From: Cyanophora paradoxa CCMP329
Lineage: Eukaryota > Plantae > Glaucophyta
Direction: 5' to 3'
NCBI GenBank assembly: GCA_004431415.1
Contig: QPMI01000053.1
Span: 30,863 to 94,862, forward strand
Length of the DNA: 64,000 nt
The notes under the pieces were generated by a model that was not told where the DNA came from, did no database searches, and was given only the letters and a program-made list of their open reading frames with translations. The stretch's first letter is position 1. Every line of letters starts with the position of its first letter. Both the position numbers and the translations under genes were made by a program. This document shows, piece by piece, positions 38,441 through 51,429 of the stretch.

Positions 38441-38840
38441 GGGCCTAATCGTAATCGTAATCAGACATCCAACCCCTAATCCTAATCGTAATCAAAGATC
38501 CCCAACCCCTCAGGGCCTGTTAGTAATCGTAATCGTAATCAATTGCAAAGACGTCCCGCAGCCGATCCTGGCATGGTAAACAGGAGCCCGGGTGCGGCCC
38601 TGGCAGCCAGAATTTGAAGTTTTGCTTTAGCCGCCAGCCCAGGTCGCGGACGGAAATATTAATGCTTGAAGACACAGCACGATGCATATTATATATAAAG
38701 CTAAAGCGAACGCAACTATCTACAAGTCTGAGAGAATACGGCGAATATACCATGAATTCTAGCATAACAATCCGGCCTGCTAACCTTCAGGATGCGAGAT
38801 GAGATATAGAGGATGCAAGATCGGCAGCCTGTGTTTCAAG

Positions 38841-41283
38841 TCAAAACCCTGGCCTTCGCATAGCCGTGGAACAAAAAACCCGGACCTGCTGCCGCGCCCA
38901 GTCGTGGCCAGCAGCAGATTGCCCAAGAATTTCGTTAAGAATATCCGTCTGGCAGGCAATCAGCTCTGTGATCCATGAAAACAAGCGAGCAGTTACAGAC
39001 CGATGATAGGTCATCGTTTCCGAGGCTGTATGGTTGCTCTTCAAGAGCAGTCGGAAGGGAGATCTGCATGTCCGAGATTGCATTGGCATCATTACTAGCA
39101 GACTCGCCTTCGAAGTCTTCCGCAATCTGCAGAACGCCGATCATCGCAAACGAAACTTCTCCAGCGAAACAACACGACGAACCTCCTCGAGAGATGGCGT
39201 TGATAAAGTGATGTCCGGGAGAGCAAGCTGGGGGGACGAGAAGGACGACGACAGTTTTGCGCCCGATATAAGCATATGCGGAACGTTGAAGCGGTCAATT
39301 GCCTGAGAAAGCGGTAGTTCAGCATCAACTCACAGTGTGAAGCAAGAAACTCTCATACGTCTCCCAGAATTGTGGCCATACTCGAAAGAAAGCTAACTTC
39401 ATTCTGTGTGAACATGCGCCGCTGGCTCGAATGCAACCCCAAGACACCATAAGGACGGGGTTGGCATTTCGATCCAATCACCACAGATACGCCACTGAAG
39501 ACCCCATGTCCCTGCCGGAAGGTTGGCTGACGCTTGTGACATTGACGAAGATTATAGTACATGCCTGGTGCAAGGTGGGCCAGTTGAACCTGTTTTCTGT
39601 GTGGAAGTTCTCCACAATCACGGGTGTCCCTGCATCCAATATCACCAATGTGCTTGAAATTCGGCATTCAAGGAGAGAGTACCTGTAGCTAAACAGTAGC
39701 CCGACTGTGATTGGGTCGATGTACCCACGAGAGCCGAGCCCACTAGGCCATCACGCCAGCCGACACCAGCACGAAGAAGGAGCGCCTCACCACCCTTCAA
39801 GCAACCAAAGTTAAACTCGGTCGTCACCAAAGAAAAAGAAAGCGTGCAGAACGCACCTGAAGCAGTTCCAGAATCTTAACATATTCCGTTCCCATCTGAG
39901 CAAAGTATCTCAATGCTATGCAAACCAAGATTCCAGCAGGGCCGGCACCGCTCGGTGGACGATTACACACATGTCCTCCATGATCTACGAAAGAGATGCT
40001 CGTTAGAGAAAAGGAACACGGAAAGAGGTTCGATCGGAAATATTGTGTACTCGGACCTTCATCAAGTCTGAAAGTGTGTAGGCACGTTTCGAGAAAGTTT
40101 CAAGTGCATGCTGTTCACTCTGGAATCAGAACGACGGCTCGAAGAAACCAAGTTTCGAAGCGCACCTGGAAAATCTTCAGCACGCTGGATTCTTTCGCAT
40201 CGGAGGATGGGTGCGTCTGGATCGCCATAGAGCTCGACGAGGGTGGAGGCGAGGGCGTTGAGAAGGATGTCAAAGGGTCGGGGAAAGCGCTTGACGGCTC
40301 GGGAAGCCCGGCAAGCAGTGGGCTGACATGGAAAACGGAAGGGGATGCGTCGTGATCTGCAGGCGACTCCAAAGCTGCATGAGGGGGAGAGGCTTTTGAA
40401 GATCCGGGGGCTAGCTGGGGCGTCGAGTTTGCGGCGGGGGTTTGTGCGTTGAGACTGCATTCAGGAGACGCCGATTCCGGGCTGCCTTCTTCCAGCGGAC
40501 TAAGCATCCCGGTCCCAGTGCCAAGCCCAGACCCGACTCCCTCGCCGCCTGCGTTCATCTGAAGGAGGTTGGCTGCGACGAGGTTCGCGTTCAGTGAGTT
40601 TGGAGCGAGTTGCCCAGCGGTGGTGACAAGAAGCGCTGCGCCGGGAAGTGTCAAACAGATACCAGTGAACACCAACGCCCTTAGCGCACCGCGTATGTAC
40701 TGCTTTAGCTGCGCGTTCTCATGAGCGAGACGCTTGTTTTCCTCCTCTAGTATTCGTTGCACGTCGATCAGCTTCTGGTTCTCGTTCTTTAGCTGATTAC
40801 ACCTCTCTTCTGTTTTCTTCTTCTTCACGCGAACGCGGCAGTTCTGTGGCGGCGCGGCGAATCTTAACAGGAACAGAATAGGCTTAATTTCATCGTTTCG
40901 GACGACTGCGGACCTGAAACCAAACCTCGATTTGCCGAGGCGGCATCTTCAGCTTTTGACTGCACGGCGCAGGACGGTCAGCTTCAGCACTGTACTGGAG
41001 TGCGGAGTCTCGGACCTCAGAAACTGCTTCGTGGCGGCATCCAGCCGGTCGTTCTGCGCGAAGGCCTCAGACAGAGGAGGCCCGTGGATCTGCGGCCCCG
41101 ATCCGCCCGGCACACCTGCTTGAAGTACGCCTGCAGGACTTCGAGCTGCTCTTGTGTCAACCTCGTCTTGCGAGGCTTCTTCTCCGCCCCGCGATCGCTG
41201 TCCGCATCGGATTGATCCTCCGCGTATTGCTGAGACCGCCCCGGCGCCGCGTCGGGCTCAGTCTTCAGAGTAGCTGGAGGCAT
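38841..41283 (-). CDS. Homeodomain-leucine zipper transcription factor with a C-terminal GAF domain
   Basis: Spliced KKPRKTRLTQEQLEVLQAYFKQ/NDRLDAATKQFLS/QKLKMPPRQIEVWFQ/NCRVRVKKKKTEERCNQLKNENQKL…. GAF: LLLRAGVGWRDGLVG…SQSGYCLA…PVIVENFHTENRF…HGVFSGVSVVI…PYGVLGLH…FTQNEVSFL. The 3' end is approximate. Confidence 0.85.
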
Positions 41284-41652
41284 TTGCCGTTCTGCCACGG
41301 TCGCCCCGTCAGATAACCGCACCGCGCGCGCGTAAGATTCGGTGGTTGGGGTGGGGTTGGATTACCGACGGACAGGGCCATAGAGTGGCGCGCGTCGCGC
41401 GCCGATGCTTAGGGCCTGCTCTAATCCTAACGGCGATGCAAAGAACACGAAGGCGGCGTGCGCCGCAGAGCTGGTCAAATAGGCAACAAAAAAGTGCGCG
41501 CGATTTGCCCCGGGGGGGATTGCTGCTGGCTCTCGTTGCCCCTGAGCAAGCTTCTACCGAGTCGCTTCTAAGCCGACAGCTGAGACTGAGAGGCTTCGCC
41601 AGAATCTTTGATACTACCCCTCCGCAGCTCTCCCCCCCCCCAGTTCAGCGCC

Positions 41653-43497
41653 ATGGCGAGCAAGCTGGACTACCTGAAGGTCCGTGCGCCCTTCCGGCCG
41701 TCTCGCGCAAGTGCATCGACGAGCGCGTCGCCCGAACGCAGAAGTACATCTCCGCCGCGCCTCCAGAGGAAGTCGGCCCGCAGAGGAAGAAAAAGAAGAA
41801 GGCTGTCGAGGACAAGAGAAAAGGCGGAGGCCTGCAGATCATCGACGAGGACGCCCAGGTCCGATGGCAGTCGAAGATGCGCGTTCAGCAGGAAGAGATC
41901 GAAGGCGCGCACTGCATGCAGCCTCTTGTCTTCGATCCCCGAATATCGCCCGCAGACGATGTGCCAGTCGTGGTCGAGGTGGAGGAGGACAACGACCCGC
42001 TTCGCAAATTCAAGACGAAGCAGTCTGGCAGCTGGGCTTCCGTCGATGGTAGTTGCCCTTCCCCATTCAGTAAGCTTTCTAATGCACTCTTACGACAGCA
42101 TCTGCGGCCCAGAAAGCGCCGCCATCAGGAGCAGCAGACGTGTCGCCACCGCGCCGTCGCCGGCTTGACGAAGGTGAACGCGCCACCCTCGCATCAAGTA
42201 GAGCCGGGTTCAGACGCGTAACGCTTGCGCGTCGTCCAGTGGCGGATTCCTCACCGCCTCGGCGTGGGGCCCCCGATGCAGACTCCTCCCCGCCGCGCAG
42301 GCGTCCGGCGGTGGACGATGCAGACTCCTCCCCGCCGCGCAGGCGTCCGGCGGTGGACGCCGCGGACTCCTCCCCTCCACGCAGGCGGCCAGTACGGGAC
42401 GCAGCGTCCCCCCCCCGGCGACGCCCGGTGGACGAATCGAACGCGTCTCCACCGCGAGGCCACCGCAGAGAAGACTTGTCACCTCCTCGTCGGCCTCAGC
42501 GTGACGCGGATGTCTCCCCTCCAAGGGGGGTAATGGCCGGCAGTACGTCTGGATCGGGTGTGTGCATAAACAACTGCGCAGTTACAAAATATTAATAAAT
42601 AAAACCATAGCAGACAACCGTGAGGCAATGAAGATCAAGAAGATGTCCACTGGGGAGTCTGCTGGACTCCGTTCTGCCCGTGATGTGCGATGATGCTGCT
42701 GCAGTGATGCTCTAGGCGGCTGATTGCGCACCAGGTGCGCGATGAAGCAACTAAGCGACGCGAGGACGAGTCTCAGCGTCTTGGGCGGATGGATCCGTCA
42801 GTGAGTGGGCGAGATGCAGACACTGGTCAGTATCTTTTCATCTATTTTTATATACGTATGCCCTTCTTTCTGAGAATTGTTTTCGGCAGTGTATCGAGAC
42901 AAACGAGGTTGTTCCATCATTCGCTGCTGGCTTTTTCCTCCTCCTCAACGCCCGCTCAGGTCGCCCATTGGAGATGCTGGGCGAGTTCATGCGTCAGCAG
43001 AAGGGCGAGTTCGTGCCAGAGGAGGAGAAAGGCAACGTTTGGGGACGTGGGATTGTGCAGGTACCAAAATTGACCGCCTGATTTCTTTTGGCTAATGATA
43101 TTCATCAGGAGCAAAAGAAGGAGGAGGCAAAAAGGAGGCTGGAGGAAGAGCGCTCGCGACCGTTTGCCCGGTATGCAGATGATGCAGACCTTGATGAGCA
43201 TTACCGTGGACGGGATCGTTGGGGGGATCCAATGGCCGCTCTCACCAAGGTTCTAGCCCTCCGATCTCAGGAGAGTCCTGCATTGACACCGAGAAGCAGA
43301 AGAGCAATTCGAATGCACCAATGAAGCCTCGGTACAAAGGCCCACCGGCCCCCCCGAATCGCTTTGGAATTCTCCCTGGACATCGCTGGGACGGAGTGCA
43401 TCGCTCCAACGGTTTCGAGGCGTCACTTGCCTTAGGCAAGAACGAGCGATCGGCAAAAGCTCTGGAGGCATACCTATGGTCTACAGAGGATATGTAG
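41653..43497 (+). CDS. BUD13: Pre-mRNA splicing RES complex subunit BUD13/CWC26
   Basis: D-x-SPPRR repeats; RWGDPMA; [24 protein letters not shown]; ends YLWSTEDM*. Confidence 0.95.
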
Positions 43498-43675
43498 CAT
43501 TTGGACACGCACTAGAAACGCAAGTCTGGGCTACAAGTGTGGGATGTACACTGCGGCCACCGCAACCGTGGGCCCAGCCCACCAGCGAACTGCCAGCCGG
43601 GCCCTGCTTGGCCCTTGAAGGGGAGTAATGTGCCTCCCCGTGGACACTCTAGCTAGCTGTAGCTACATGTGCCCG
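43497..43675 (+). mobile_element. Repeat family B copy abutting the BUD13 stop codon
   Basis: …ATGTAGCATTTGGACACG: the G of the TAG stop is the G of GCA. Confidence 0.88.
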
Positions 43676-43939
43676 CTTTTCAAATTCGAGCACCCGCAGC
43701 TGGTGAATTCGAGCACCCGCAGCTGTCGAATTCGAGCACCCACAGCGACCGCGGTCAGGCGTCGCCGTCGGTTTCGAGCCGCCGTTCCGCGTTCGGCTGG
43801 GCTTTTCTGACAGCCGTGACGTCGCCGCGCGCGGAGTTTTACTGGGGATAGCCCCCTGATCGTAATCGTAATTTTCCAGTTGACCAGGCCAGGGCTCCCC
43901 CCGCCTATAGCCCATCGTAATCGTAATGGGCGCGGCAGT

Positions 43940-44137
43940 CGCAATCGTAATCGTACTGATCGCACTTTCGTCCAACTTTCGTCCAACTTCGTCCAACTTT
44001 CGTCCAACTTTCGTCCAACTTTCGTACAACTTTCGTCCAACTTTCGTCCAACTTTAATTTCGTCCAACTTTCGTCCAACTTTCGTCCAACTTTCGTCCAA
44101 CTTCGTCCAACTTTCGTCCAACTTTCGTCCAACTTTC
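43940..44137. repeat. Fanzor-intron fragment joined to (AACTTTCGTCC)n satellite
   Basis: CGCAATCGTAATCGTACTGATCGCA is identical to the Fanzor intron and is followed by ~15 11-mer units. Confidence 0.88.
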
Positions 44138-44661
44138 GAATTCGACCAGCCTCCATTCTGCTGATGGGCACGTGCGCACGCCGGGGAGGATAACTGGTTC
44201 TTCCAGAGAGCCCACCGGAGAGCCCGCCACGTGCGCGTGCAGCCGCGTGCCGCGTGCCTGGGGCAGCCGCGTGCCGCGTGCCTGGGGCAGAACTGTCAAA
44301 AAACGCCTACCCCCTAATCGTTATCGCAATCAAAGACACCCGGCAGGATATATGCTATTTGTCTAGAGGTGGAGCAGTATTGCATCGCGTCCGGACAGTC
44401 AGAAGATGTGATGCTGGAACTGTGGCCATATCGCGATCGCGATCCGTTTCTTGCTGTCGTTTCCAACTTGACAAATCAGTTTTTATTTGAATCAAGGCTT
44501 GATCCGATGATCATAAAGCCCCCAGCAGTCAGCGGCTAGCCTAGTCTAGTTCTGGGCCGCAGATCTGGAGCTAGCGCTCCAGATCTAGATCTAGAGCAGG
44601 GATCGCGCCCCGCGGCGATCGGGCCCAAATCCCGTAGTCCGAATCATTGAATCCGGATTCG

Positions 44662-45101
44662 CATAGTCGAGTGGATAAGGTGTCGGCCTTACCGCTCAGA
44701 GGACCCCGGTTCGAATCCGGACCGGAACTACCGAACCCGCTTCAAATCCCGGAGAAACCCCGACCTTGGGGCCCCGCAAGGGGTACCGAGCTCCTGGTCC
44801 CAACACGGCCAAGCATAGGAGCCATCAAGCAAGCAACTAGGACCGTGCAACTGGGTACATCATGCCGAAGACTCACGACTGTGGACACACGCATCTTCAG
44901 CTGCGGCCCCATTGGAGGCTCCGGAGGATTATGTCTGAAGGGTACAATCAGCTCTGGGAGAACTGGCTCGGCAAGACCGGACACATAGTTAGTTGGACTA
45001 CGACGTACCCGCTCACAGTAGTAGAGTAGCCCTCGTGCCGGTGGATGTGACGGACGGTGGGGTAGTGTGCATGTAAGGAATGACACTACAAACTTCAAAA
45101 A
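44662..45101 (+). mobile_element. tRNA-derived SINE-like retroposon
   Basis: A box TAGTCGAGTGG, B box GGTTCGAATCC, 3' hairpin GTAGTGT…ACACTAC and a short A tail. Flanked by identical 101-bp direct repeats (44561-44661, 45102-45202). Confidence 0.82.
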
Positions 45102-45370
45102 AGATCTGGAGCTAGCGCTCCAGATCTAGATCTAGAGCAGGGATCGCGCCCCGCGGCGATCGGGCCCAAATCCCGTAGTCCGAATCATTGAATCCGGATT
45201 CGATGATCTGATGATCAAAACCTGACAGACTGATATTCGACTCGGCGAATCGAAATCAAATTAAAGCCTTTTTTATAAGCCGGGCCGCGGCCACGCTCCG
45301 CCCACTGGCCATAACTATATAAGTGCATGATGCATGGGCAATATTAATGGCCAGCCTGGGCAGGTGCCTC

Positions 45371-45403
<33 letters not shown>

Positions 45404-46012
45404 CCAAAAAAAAGCAAATCCAAATCGAAATAAATTTTCCTGTCGCATGTAGTGCCCCCAATTGCAAGGGGCAGCGCAGCCTCGGGTCGCGGGGGAGGGG
45501 GTAAAAGGTATGCGTTCTAGAAAGCTTTAAGGTTTCGCTCTCGTCGTTCTGTTGTCGTTCTTGCATGCACGATCGGCCAATAGGATTTCGAGGCCCCAAA
45601 GAATCCATCCATTTCCCTATATACCACCGCAGCTGCAGAATTAGAAGCCTTGAACATGAAGTGTGCACGCCGTGACGTACGCGTGAAAAGTAGAACCTCG
45701 GGTCGTTACCCTCTGAGGCTTGCTCCGCTCGAGTCGACCCGAGGCTGATCAAAAGTATTAACCTCGAGCTCAGAGCGCTGGCTTAAATCAAAGTGCAGCC
45801 TCTCGAGCTCAGATCTAGAGCCTGAGCCTGTGCTCGCTGGTGGGCTGGCCACGGGCCGGCGGCGGCAGCGGCCCCAGTGTCTCGTAATATATATACGTAT
45901 GGCACACAGTCCGGCCGCCGCGCGCGGACCTGTCCGGCCGGCGGACCTCAGGGGGCCTGCAATTCGTGCCACGGCTCTGTAGCCCAAATCAGCTGCATGC
46001 GCAGCTGCAGAG

Positions 46013-46209
46013 TGCTCTTTCTACGCTACGGGCGCGCCGGACCTCCTACCTACAGCGCTTTAACTGTACCCGTGCTGTTTGGGTGAGAGCGTAACCCGCA
46101 GGGACTGGTGCCCTGATGGGGAAAAAGGGGATGGAGCAGCCGGGCTTTGGCTATGCTAGTGGGAGGAGACCTGCGGTGGCTAGTGGGAGGAGACCTGCGG
46201 CTGCCCCTG
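46013..46209 (-). mobile_element. Minimal omegaRNA-only copy 9 plus a short tandem duplication
   Basis: Element homology only at 46013-~46137. Direct repeat GCTGCAGAGTGC at 46004-46015 and 46210-46221. Confidence 0.9.
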
Positions 46210-46505
46210 GCTGCAGAGTGCAGCCATGTTGATTCTGGGGTACAGATCAAGAGCCGTCGCGTCTGCGAGACTGCCGCAGTGCGACACATTAACGTTAACA
46301 GCGCGACCCGCCAAAGGAGCCTAGACGCGCGTACATTGAGCGTAATCGAGATGTTCAGGCTTTGTTTGACAGGTACAAACTTGCACGTGCACGCGCGCCC
46401 GAACGGACGCGCGCGCCGTTCTGATAACCGGCGCGCATGTAGCGGCCTTCCGCGCTCGCCCTTTCAAGCTCGCCGGTCAGGCCTCGCCGCGCGCGAGGCC
46501 GCGCC

Positions 46506-47318
46506 ATGATCGGCCCTTTTCTGCAAGCCAGTCCAGCGAGCCAGCGAACCGGCGAGCCAGCGAGTCTGTCCTTACTCGACATGAACAGAGCAGTCGCGCG
46601 CCTACCCTGGAGTCGGCAGTGCTAGGCGTAGAGCTGCGGGCCGAGCCGTTGGGTTCGAGTCTTTTGAGAGTACCTCGCCCAGCGCTTTACCTCGGTGGCG
46701 CTGGCCTTCTTCCCTTCTTCGCGACCGCCCTGGCGACGTATCCAAGTGTCGAAATACAAAACGTTGAGCTCGCCGCCGTGCGATTTTGAATTTCTGCACA
46801 TAAGTTGGTCTATTCTTCGCTTACGCTACTTTCAGACTGTTCAGATTTACTACGCTTGCTCGATTGTCTCTTTCTTGGGCGCTGTGCAGTGGGGTCTGGG
46901 CATCGCCAATTTTCACACCAAAGACGCAACACCACAAGCAGAGGCACAGGCTGGTAAAAGATCCGTTGCAATCATTCGGTTTCTTTACCTACACTCTCTC
47001 AGGCCCCACACTTCCTAGACTCATGTGGTCGGTCTCTCCATCACTTGCTGCGTGGGTAGCACTCTTGGCTCTCGCGAAAGAAGGTCCTGTTGCCGCACTT
47101 GCTATCCTCATCCCAACATTTGCTGTTGCTCTCATGTATGACGTTCGATCTGTTCGCGCTGGCCTAGTAAGTGAGATATTGCTCTCTTTGAGTTTCCTTT
47201 CTTGAGCTGATAATTGATGATCTGCGTCCAGGCCCCAGCTTGGTACAGCTCGCTGCGCCTGCCTCTTTCGTTTGGAGCCATCATGTGTATGATGGCGTCA
47301 TTGCTGAGGTTGCTGTGA
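46506..47318 (+). CDS. DUF3429 / TMEM69-like membrane protein
   Basis: QIYYACSIVSFLGAVQWGLG…WSVSPSLAAW…YD…APAWYSSLRLPLS. The 5' exon structure is uncertain. Confidence 0.8.
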
Positions 47319-47339
47319 GTTAGTCCTTGGCTGGTACCA

Positions 47340-47625
47340 ACATTTGGACGTGAATTCAACTCACAGCGTCCGGGCTACAAATGTGGGAATGTTCACTGCG
47401 GCCACCGTCGCCGGGGGCCCAGCCCACCACAAGCTGGCCGGCCGGGCCCTGCATGGCCTTCGAAGGGAGTAATGCCATGATGCGCCTCCCCGCGGACACT
47501 CTAGCTAGCTATAACTATATGCACCCGCACGTGCACGGCTGGTGTTGTGCATACATCGCATCTTGAGGCGTCGGGTGGTCGTCTCGGGGAGGTAGCGGGA
47601 GTCCCTACGTGCTCTAGATCTGGGG
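47340..47625 (+). mobile_element. Repeat family B copy
   Basis: CATTTGGACG… start and matches the 30745 copy. Confidence 0.82.
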
Positions 47626-48107
47626 GCCCGCGCCAGGGGCACCAGGCGTTAAGGGGGTCAGATCGAAATCGGAAAGCCTGCGGGCCTCCTCCCCAAGCTG
47701 CCCAAAGCGGCTGGGACCGGCATTTGGAAACGTTCTAAAAACGCAAGTTTGCCGATGATCTGGATGGGAGCTTGCGAAGTCATCGATCGGATGGGATCGA
47801 AGAGGGAGCTCGCCTGAGTCGAGTGAGGCCTATATCTATAGCTAGGCCACCCAGCTACAATTCTGATCAATATCATGATCCGGGGCCGCTGCGCGCTGCG
47901 CTAGCTAGCTAGCACGAGCACAGGCCCTGAGGCGCTTCGAATTCCGAAGTTTGCGTATACCGCCGGGCCGGCCAGATCATGCCATGATGCTCCAGATACA
48001 GATGCGCGAGTAATGCGGCTCCAGGGGTGCCTACGGGTGGACTGCGCACGAAGGTTACGTGCACCCTACCCCCTCACCTCGGGTACAACAACCGAACTCA
48101 AATAACC

Positions 48108-48569
48108 ATGGTGCGCCTCGCGTGGACAGCGCGTTTTGCGCTCACACCGGTCCCAGAGTGAAGTCGAGGAGACCCTTAAGCGCATCAGCTCGCACAAAGG
48201 CGTGGCTGGCATTCTCATAGTGAACACGGATGGCGTGGCAATCCGGACGAACCTGGACCAGGCTCTAACAGCACAGTATGCGGCACTCATGACGCAGCTC
48301 GCAGCAAAAGCCCGCAGTGCTGTGCGAGACCTCGACCCGCAGGTGCATCGTGTGCGTCCCAACTCCCTCTCGCTCACGCTTCCCGTCGGCAGAACGATCT
48401 CACCTTTTTGAGAATACGCTCCAAAAAGCACGAGATTATGGTTGCACCAGGTGCGCTGCTTGAGCTACGGTGTCTGTGTGTGTGTGTGTGTGTGCGTGTG
48501 TGTGTGTGACCTGCGCCCGCAGACAAGGATTTCATCCTCATCGTCATCCAGAATCCGAATGCGGAATAG
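48108..48569 (+). CDS. DYNLRB: Dynein light chain roadblock-type
   Basis: M|[18 protein letters not shown]…VRDLDPQ|[19 protein letters not shown]|[12 protein letters not shown]. Confidence 0.96.
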
Positions 48570-49068
48570 CTATGCGTCTCTGTCGCCGCTCAGCGCTTTG
48601 GATAGCATCAATTTGTGCCTCGTCAGCAATAGCCGCCGAGCTTAGCCCGCTCTTCGATCCTACTCTTTGCTGTTTAAACACAACCTCCTCCTTTCTTAGC
48701 CCGTGTGCTGGAACCTCGCTACATCCAACGTATACGGGCGCACGCAATGCTGGTGGCTTTCGCTCACGCCAGTGCTGGTCTTGTCACTCGCCTTTGTCTC
48801 CAAAATGTTCTGCCCATAATGCAAAGAGAAAAACAACAAAACTGCTATTGCTACGTGGCGGCTTTCACACACGGCACCATTGGTCTTGTCACGTTCCTTC
48901 GTCTGCAATATGTATGCCAAAAATGCAAAGAGAAAAACAACACTGCTAGCGCCAAGCGGTGTTGTGCTCTCGTGCGTGCTATAGCTTGTCACTTGCTTGT
49001 AACTCCACTACAAACAACCTGGTAAAACTTCTAGAACAATGGCGAAAATTGCCAGGGAAGACTCCTTG

Positions 49069-51136
49069 TTACGACTGTTCACACGTTCCTCAAGTGCAAC
49101 ATAAAAAAGGCGGTATTCAAACCTCCTTCAGTATCTTCTCTAGGTTCTCGAGATTCTCGTACTGGACCGCACTGTGACACTGTGAGGTGAAACCTGGCGT
49201 GAAAAGCAGAACATGCACACCGGATAGGCCTGTTGTAGAACTTCTCAATCTCCTGAAGGCATCTGCCAAGTAAACAGTTAGCAGAGTTCAAAGGACGAAG
49301 GCTCAAGAAATACCTTCTGGAGTTTTCATCATACACAAACGCTATGGCTGCACCCTTCCGTCCAAAGCGCCCAGTTCGACCGATTCGATGCAAGTATGTC
49401 TCAGGATCAGGCTTGCGACCATACTTGTCGAAAGGCATGTCATAGTTGATAACCAGGGAGACTTGAGAAATATCGATGCCACGGGACAACACATTGGTTG
49501 TGATGAGGACCTTTGTCTTTCCTGTGCGGAAATCGTCTATTGTTTTATCACGGTCCTCTGCAGTCATCTCTGAGGAAGTTCCGTGCAGTACCCTGCAGAT
49601 GCATTAGAGTCGAGCATCATAGCCTCCGTGGAACGCACGAGACAGTGTGCCCAGCAGCCCGCATTTTGCGGGAGACATCTTGAGCAGTTTCCCGCCTCTG
49701 AAAATGAGGTTAAGCACAGCAAAACCACAAACAGCCAATTCACTTGCTTACGTTCACAAAGATGATCGATTGGCCGATCGTCAGCAGTGCATAAATTTCC
49801 GAGAGAATTTCGAATCTCCTTGGCTCTGATCCGCAATCGATATACAGCTGCTTGATGCCCTCTATGCTAAGCTTCTCCCGCTTGACGCTGATGATGCTGG
49901 CATCCGGAATAAGCTTCACAGCGAAAGTAGCAACTCGTTCTGGATATGTTGCCGAGAAGAGGAGGCTTTGACAGTTGCGAGGAAGCATCCTGTATTGATT
50001 CGTGAGATGGATAAAAAGTTGCGTGTCAAACAGAACCAGGCACACTTCTTGATGCGGATGGAGTCATCTCCGAACCCTTGTGTGTCTAGCATTTCATCGG
50101 CCTCGTCCAGCACAAAGATTTTTATGCTTCGCGTGCTAAGCAGATTCTTCTTGATGAGGTTCATCACAGTGCCTGGAGTGCCAATGACTACTTGTTGATC
50201 CACGCGCATGCGCGGAGGTGGCCCTAAAAGGATCATTAGGGAGGACAACAGAGAAATCACTTTCCATAAAATAGACAAACCTTCGGTTCTTGACTGCGGC
50301 ACGGCGAGGAAGTACGTGATCTTGGTGAATTTCCCCATTTTCTGAGCCACCTCCATGATCTGGCGTGCGAGCTCGCGGGTGTTGACCACACAGAGGGCCT
50401 GCGTGCACGAAGATGTGTTATTTATCTACGCAGATACATCCGGTTTGCATCTCACCTGAGGCTGATTCAACGAAGTATCGACTCGACTGAGCATGCCAAG
50501 AGCGAAACACGCGGTCTTGCCGCTACCATTGTGCGCCTGACCGATAAGATTCCTTGGGCTGCTCGGGTATTTGAAACTCGAATTCGTGCGTGGGTTCAAT
50601 GCGGCGCACGGCTCTGCCAGGATGATGGGAAGAGAGGCCTCTTGGATCTTCGAGGGCTTGCTGAAGCCCATTCCATAAATACCATCGAGCAACTCCTGCT
50701 TGCTGCGCCGCGGGGGATTTGAGCTTCGCGGCCGCATGTTGTGCAGCGAGTTCTGTAGCGCACAGTCCGAGCTCCTCGAACTTCTTCACAGAGTACAATG
50801 GAGAGTTCGGATCATTCTGTTGCACGCGAAGCTCTGCGGTTTCATCCTCGGGATCGAGGCCGTGGTCCTCGGGCGGAGGCGCAGACGCGCCGGCCTCTGC
50901 ACAGCCGGTCTCGATACGCATGCGCGGTCGACACGTACCACCGGCGCGCACCTTGTGCGGAGCTGCCTTCTCCGTCGTTCTGCTCCGCCTCCAGCTCCAG
51001 GTTCTCCAGCTTCTTCTCGGGCTCCCCATCAGCCGCCGCTGCAGGCGCAGCCGGTGTTTCGACGTTGTCGCTGCTCGCACGCCATGCGTCACGCGCGCAT
51101 GCAACCCACCACGCTGCGAGCTGCGAACCTGGACAT
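49069..51136 (-). CDS. DBP5: DEAD-box mRNA export helicase DBP5/DDX19
   Basis: [51 protein letters not shown]. Confidence 0.95.
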
Positions 51137-51429
51137 CCTAACACCCCTATACGTATACCCCCTCGCCCCTGGCTGAGGTTGCTCAGAACTCGAGTCCTGG
51201 GAGTGTCTTTTACTTGCTCTCTCTCTCTCTCTCTCTCTCTCAGAACTTGCTCTGAACTTGCCCCGTCGGACTTGAGCTTCTTCTTCGATTGGACCCCGCG
51301 GCCGAGGATTCTAATTTCGATTGCGACGTCTTTGATTACGATTACGTCTTTGATTTTTAATTTTATTTCGTCTCTTCGTTTCGAACATCGCTACGCTAAG
51401 CAAGCTACTCTTCCAATTACAAAGTTTGT

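Noticed and set aside
44662-44730. Functional tRNA gene
   Set aside because: The anticodon and acceptor stems do not pair, so it is better explained as a SINE head.
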